A stretch of DNA of 62,768 bases, the filler included, from Globobulimina sp. (Eukaryota): NCBI GenBank assembly GCA_003354225.1. It is 22 parts of 22 records of this genome, joined end to end, with 100 filler letters (N's around TTAATTAATTAA, not from the genome) between each part and the next. Parts side by side here need not be neighbours in the genome. Positions count along the whole stretch, not along the records: positions 57,158 to 59,913 come from PIVH01005037.1; positions 60,014 to 62,768 come from PIVH01005038.1; 20 more parts are not named here. One strand, written 5' to 3'. Below, one piece after another: positions 59,547 through 62,768 of this stretch. The notes beneath the pieces are model-generated. The model searched no databases. It worked only from the letters and a program-made list of their open reading frames with translations, and had not been told where the DNA came from. The position numbers were made by a program, and so were the translations under genes. Position 1 is the stretch's first letter, and each line of letters opens with the position of its first letter.

Positions 59547-60372
59547 ATATAAACTTGTTTGTAATGTTATTCTCTTTTACTTATTATTATAATTATTAAT
59601 TTTAGTAACTATTATCATGAGTTTCATTCTACTTATCACAACACACACAAGTGTTTTCTGCTCCATGTGAAAACTTTTAGTACCCAACCTCCAGGATTTC
59701 GAGTGATTGTGCGATTATTGCTTTTCATCAACAAAAAAAACAAGCAAAAAAAACAAAGAATACATTTAATATTTATAGTCTTTGAATGGATAATGAATTA
59801 TCACATGGTGTCTTGGTTGAGTTAATCATACTTTTCCATGATTGTTTACTCAAATTCCATCCATATTTATTTACTTTATTATTATTTTCATTTATAAACT
59901 CTAAAATATCTGANNNNNNNNNNNNNNNNNNNNNNNNNNNNNNNNNNNNNNNNNNNNTTAATTAATTAANNNNNNNNNNNNNNNNNNNNNNNNNNNNNNN
60001 NNNNNNNNNNNNNTTATTTTAATTTTTTATATTAATCTACAAACTAAATTGTATACTAAAGAAGTTGTCTAATTACCCGTTTCTTTTGTTTCGCAGCAAC
60101 ATAATTATACACAAACTACACGGATTTGTATGAATTCCGATAGATAACCATGAAGATGCATCACAATAAAAAAGATGTTAATAGTTTTTATGGAATTATA
60201 CATAGTCACTTTAATAATTTTTGTTATACATAGTCACTTTGATCAAACAATATACGAATCTTTTATATTGGAAAATGTGTACGTGAATAACGTGATTGGA
60301 ATTATTAGTCTAACTCGTGAGATCTTAGATATTGAAGTTTTCTTGAAGGCCTAGTCAAATTTTAATAAAATC

Positions 60373-61939
60373 ATGACTCATTACTGTGACAACGGGACCG
60401 CACAAATAGAATTGATCGCAATACACACCGACCAAAGCAATTGCAATACAACCGTAGCAAAATCGGAATGGAAAGATATAGCGTGGCATTTACTTTTGAT
60501 AAGTATTAGCACCTTTGGAAGTAGTTTAGTTGATGGGGGACTTACGATATTAATTCCATTTTATACCAAAGATATTGTAAATGCAAATCAAACGCATATG
60601 CATTCTGCAGTGTTATTTGCTGCTATCTCGTTTGGCAATTTTTTATTACATCCACTGACTGGCATTATGGTTGGCCGTACGAGCTGCGAACTTATAATCA
60701 TCATCGGCTGCGTAATTCATTTTGTTGCACAATTCTTGATGTATACGTCACTTATTTTCGCCAACTACTCTTATTTTGAAACGTATACTGGTTATTATAT
60801 CTGGTGCGTTATGTGCTTTATTGTCGGCGTTACACAGTCATTGACAGGGGTTTCCACCGAAGCTTATATTTCATTGCATATCCCACTGAATAAACGTGGC
60901 CGTTTCATGACATATCAAGTATTGACTAATAGAGTGGCCTACTTATTTGGGGCGTTTTCGAATGGTTTGTTATCGATTACTTATTCAATTGAAGCCACTT
61001 TGTTATTAAATTCAATCATCACTATTATTTTCGGAATAATTATATTTCTGTTATTTATTCCACCAAATTATTATGCTTCCAGCACAGTACAAATCAAAAG
61101 CTTTCGAGATTTTTTTAACATTTGGAATACAATCGGCTATAAAAACAGATTTAAATTCGATAACTGGACATATAAAAGTACTGTAAATCAAAACAAAGAC
61201 AGCAGCAAATCCAGCCATGATCGCAATAGTGTCAGTCTGACGAGGATTTGTCGAAATAACTTTAGTATTTTGTTTAAAGTCAGCTTATTTAATATGTTTT
61301 GGTCAGTTATATACCCGCAAATCCCGTCTATTTATATTGACATTCCAAGCGAATAATATTCATCTGAGAAAGGATAAAATTACTTATGTGAATACATATA
61401 GCTATATTCCTGATATTGCTTTATTTATATTACCCGGCTATTTGATGGATAAATATGGCCGCAAATACAGTCTTATTCCATCATTGATTTGTTTGATTAC
61501 TGCGTCAATGGTTATATCATTTGCGACTAATTATTTCCAATTGTCAATGGTTGCGCTCTTATTTGGATTAGGCGACGGATTTGCAAATGGATCGTTAAAT
61601 ACAATTGCAAGTGATACAGCACCATTGGACTATAGTGGACGTGCTAAATTCATTGGCCTTTTTTATACGATAGCTGCAATTCCAACTATTGTGTCGCCGC
61701 TCATTATTGGAACCTTGGCATCAAACGTATCATTATTTTATGCATCAATGAGTTCAGTCTTTTTTGCAATGTTAGCGCTTGTTTGGACAATATTTATCTT
61801 GCCGGAAACATCAAAATTTCATGCTATGAATGCAATGGAATCACAATTGGCTGAGAATATTCAAAGTAACAACGAAACTTTGCTATTACGAGAAAATGTA
61901 GAACAAACTGAACAGTTTGAAATGACCAAAAAATCATAA
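60373..61939 (+). CDS. MFS transporter interrupted by a 1-nt frameshift near 61312
   Basis: Two 6-TM halves; motif A GYLMDKYGRK, RGRFM, RAKFIG. Removing one base at GTTATATACC joins FWSVI to TRKSRLFILTFQAN. Confidence 0.88.
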
Positions 61940-62768
61940 CTTTAAATTGATCTCCATTAAATTTAAAAAGATTCAAAATACTTGTTATTATAATTGATGG
62001 TCGACATTTGCAAGCATGTCATCCATTATTTGACGGCGTGTTGATCACTGTACATAGCAAAATAGAGTGGCGTTATTTGTTGTGATTGACAGAAATTGCC
62101 AGGGACATATGACAAACCTATGGAGTGGTGTTCAATCACTTAATTTTAGCATTTGATACCATAAACATATGGCTCTTTCCGTAAAAACTCTGTTTGTTTA
62201 CACAAGTACAGTGTATAACAAAAATAATGAAAAATAGGTCAATAGTTGTATTAATAAATGGGACAATGAAATGTGACTATTTGGTCCAACTTTAGATATC
62301 CATAAATTGTCATTTGTATGTGTTTATAATCGATAGAGTGTAGAATTTATACGAAAGCATATTAAACATATACATATGGGAAATGTTTTAACATATATAA
62401 CAATCCTCATTTAACCAAACCAAACATATAATCCTGTTCATGACTTCATGATATCTCTACAACGTGGGACGAAAAAATGGAGAAAGCAGTGAAGTCATAA
62501 ACACTTCTTTTGTGTTTGTCGGTTTATTTATATTTTACCGTTTAGTGTTTCATCTGCGGTCCATTTTTGCAGTGCAAATATTTTGAGAATCTTCTGTAGA
62601 AAACACATAAATAACAATCACACACAGTCAAAAATTAATAAATCATTTCTATAACCATAAGTATCACTTGTTTGTTGAATTGATATTTTAATTTTTGGAT
62701 ATTTAATATTTAATGATGATGAGATTGATGAATATAAATAATATAACCAACTTCGTCTTTCTCTACTC

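Larger units (their letters stand above)
2760..60013. other. 21 artificial 100-bp contig spacers (N44 + TTAATTAATTAA + N44) starting at 2760, 5619, 8478, 11337, 14196, 17055, 19913, 22771, 25629, 28487, 31345, 34203, 37061, 39919, 42776, 45633, 48490, 51346, 54202, 57058, 59914
   Basis: Identical spacer with stops in all six frames; the contigs between spacers fall steadily from 2759 to 2755 bp (length-sorted concatenation). Confidence 0.99.

Noticed and set aside
2760-60013. Regularly spaced TTAATTAATTAA palindromes
   Set aside because: Artificial linkers inside N runs, not biological repeats.

Overview
This window is not one locus. It is 22 unrelated short contigs (2755-2759 bp, sorted by length) joined by artificial 100-bp spacers (N44-TTAATTAATTAA-N44), so adjacency only means something inside a contig. 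Most contigs come from an AT-rich, intron-containing microbial eukaryote. Its gene content (divergent 7TM receptors, G-alpha, PPR, caspase-like, KCTD-BTB, SPRY, HLD-type kinase) looks foraminiferan (inference). Also present: a bacterial type IV secretion contig (repeat adhesin-virB11-virD4), a contig that seems to come from a second eukaryote with uniform ~50-nt introns, a CRE-type non-LTR retrotransposon, a two-ORF Penelope-like element, a probable LTR-element 5' end, and signs of amplification chimeras. Best leads: (1) a PH-ankyrin-FYVE gene family whose C-terminus is a caspase-like protease in one member and an R-SNARE motif in another; (2) a Penelope-like element whose ORF1 and RT are in frame and separated by one TGA; (3) a ~35-aa module shared by three unrelated proteins; (4) a Cys-repeat/Gly-rich adhesin directly upstream of virB11. 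All calls come from reading motifs by eye; no database searches were run.
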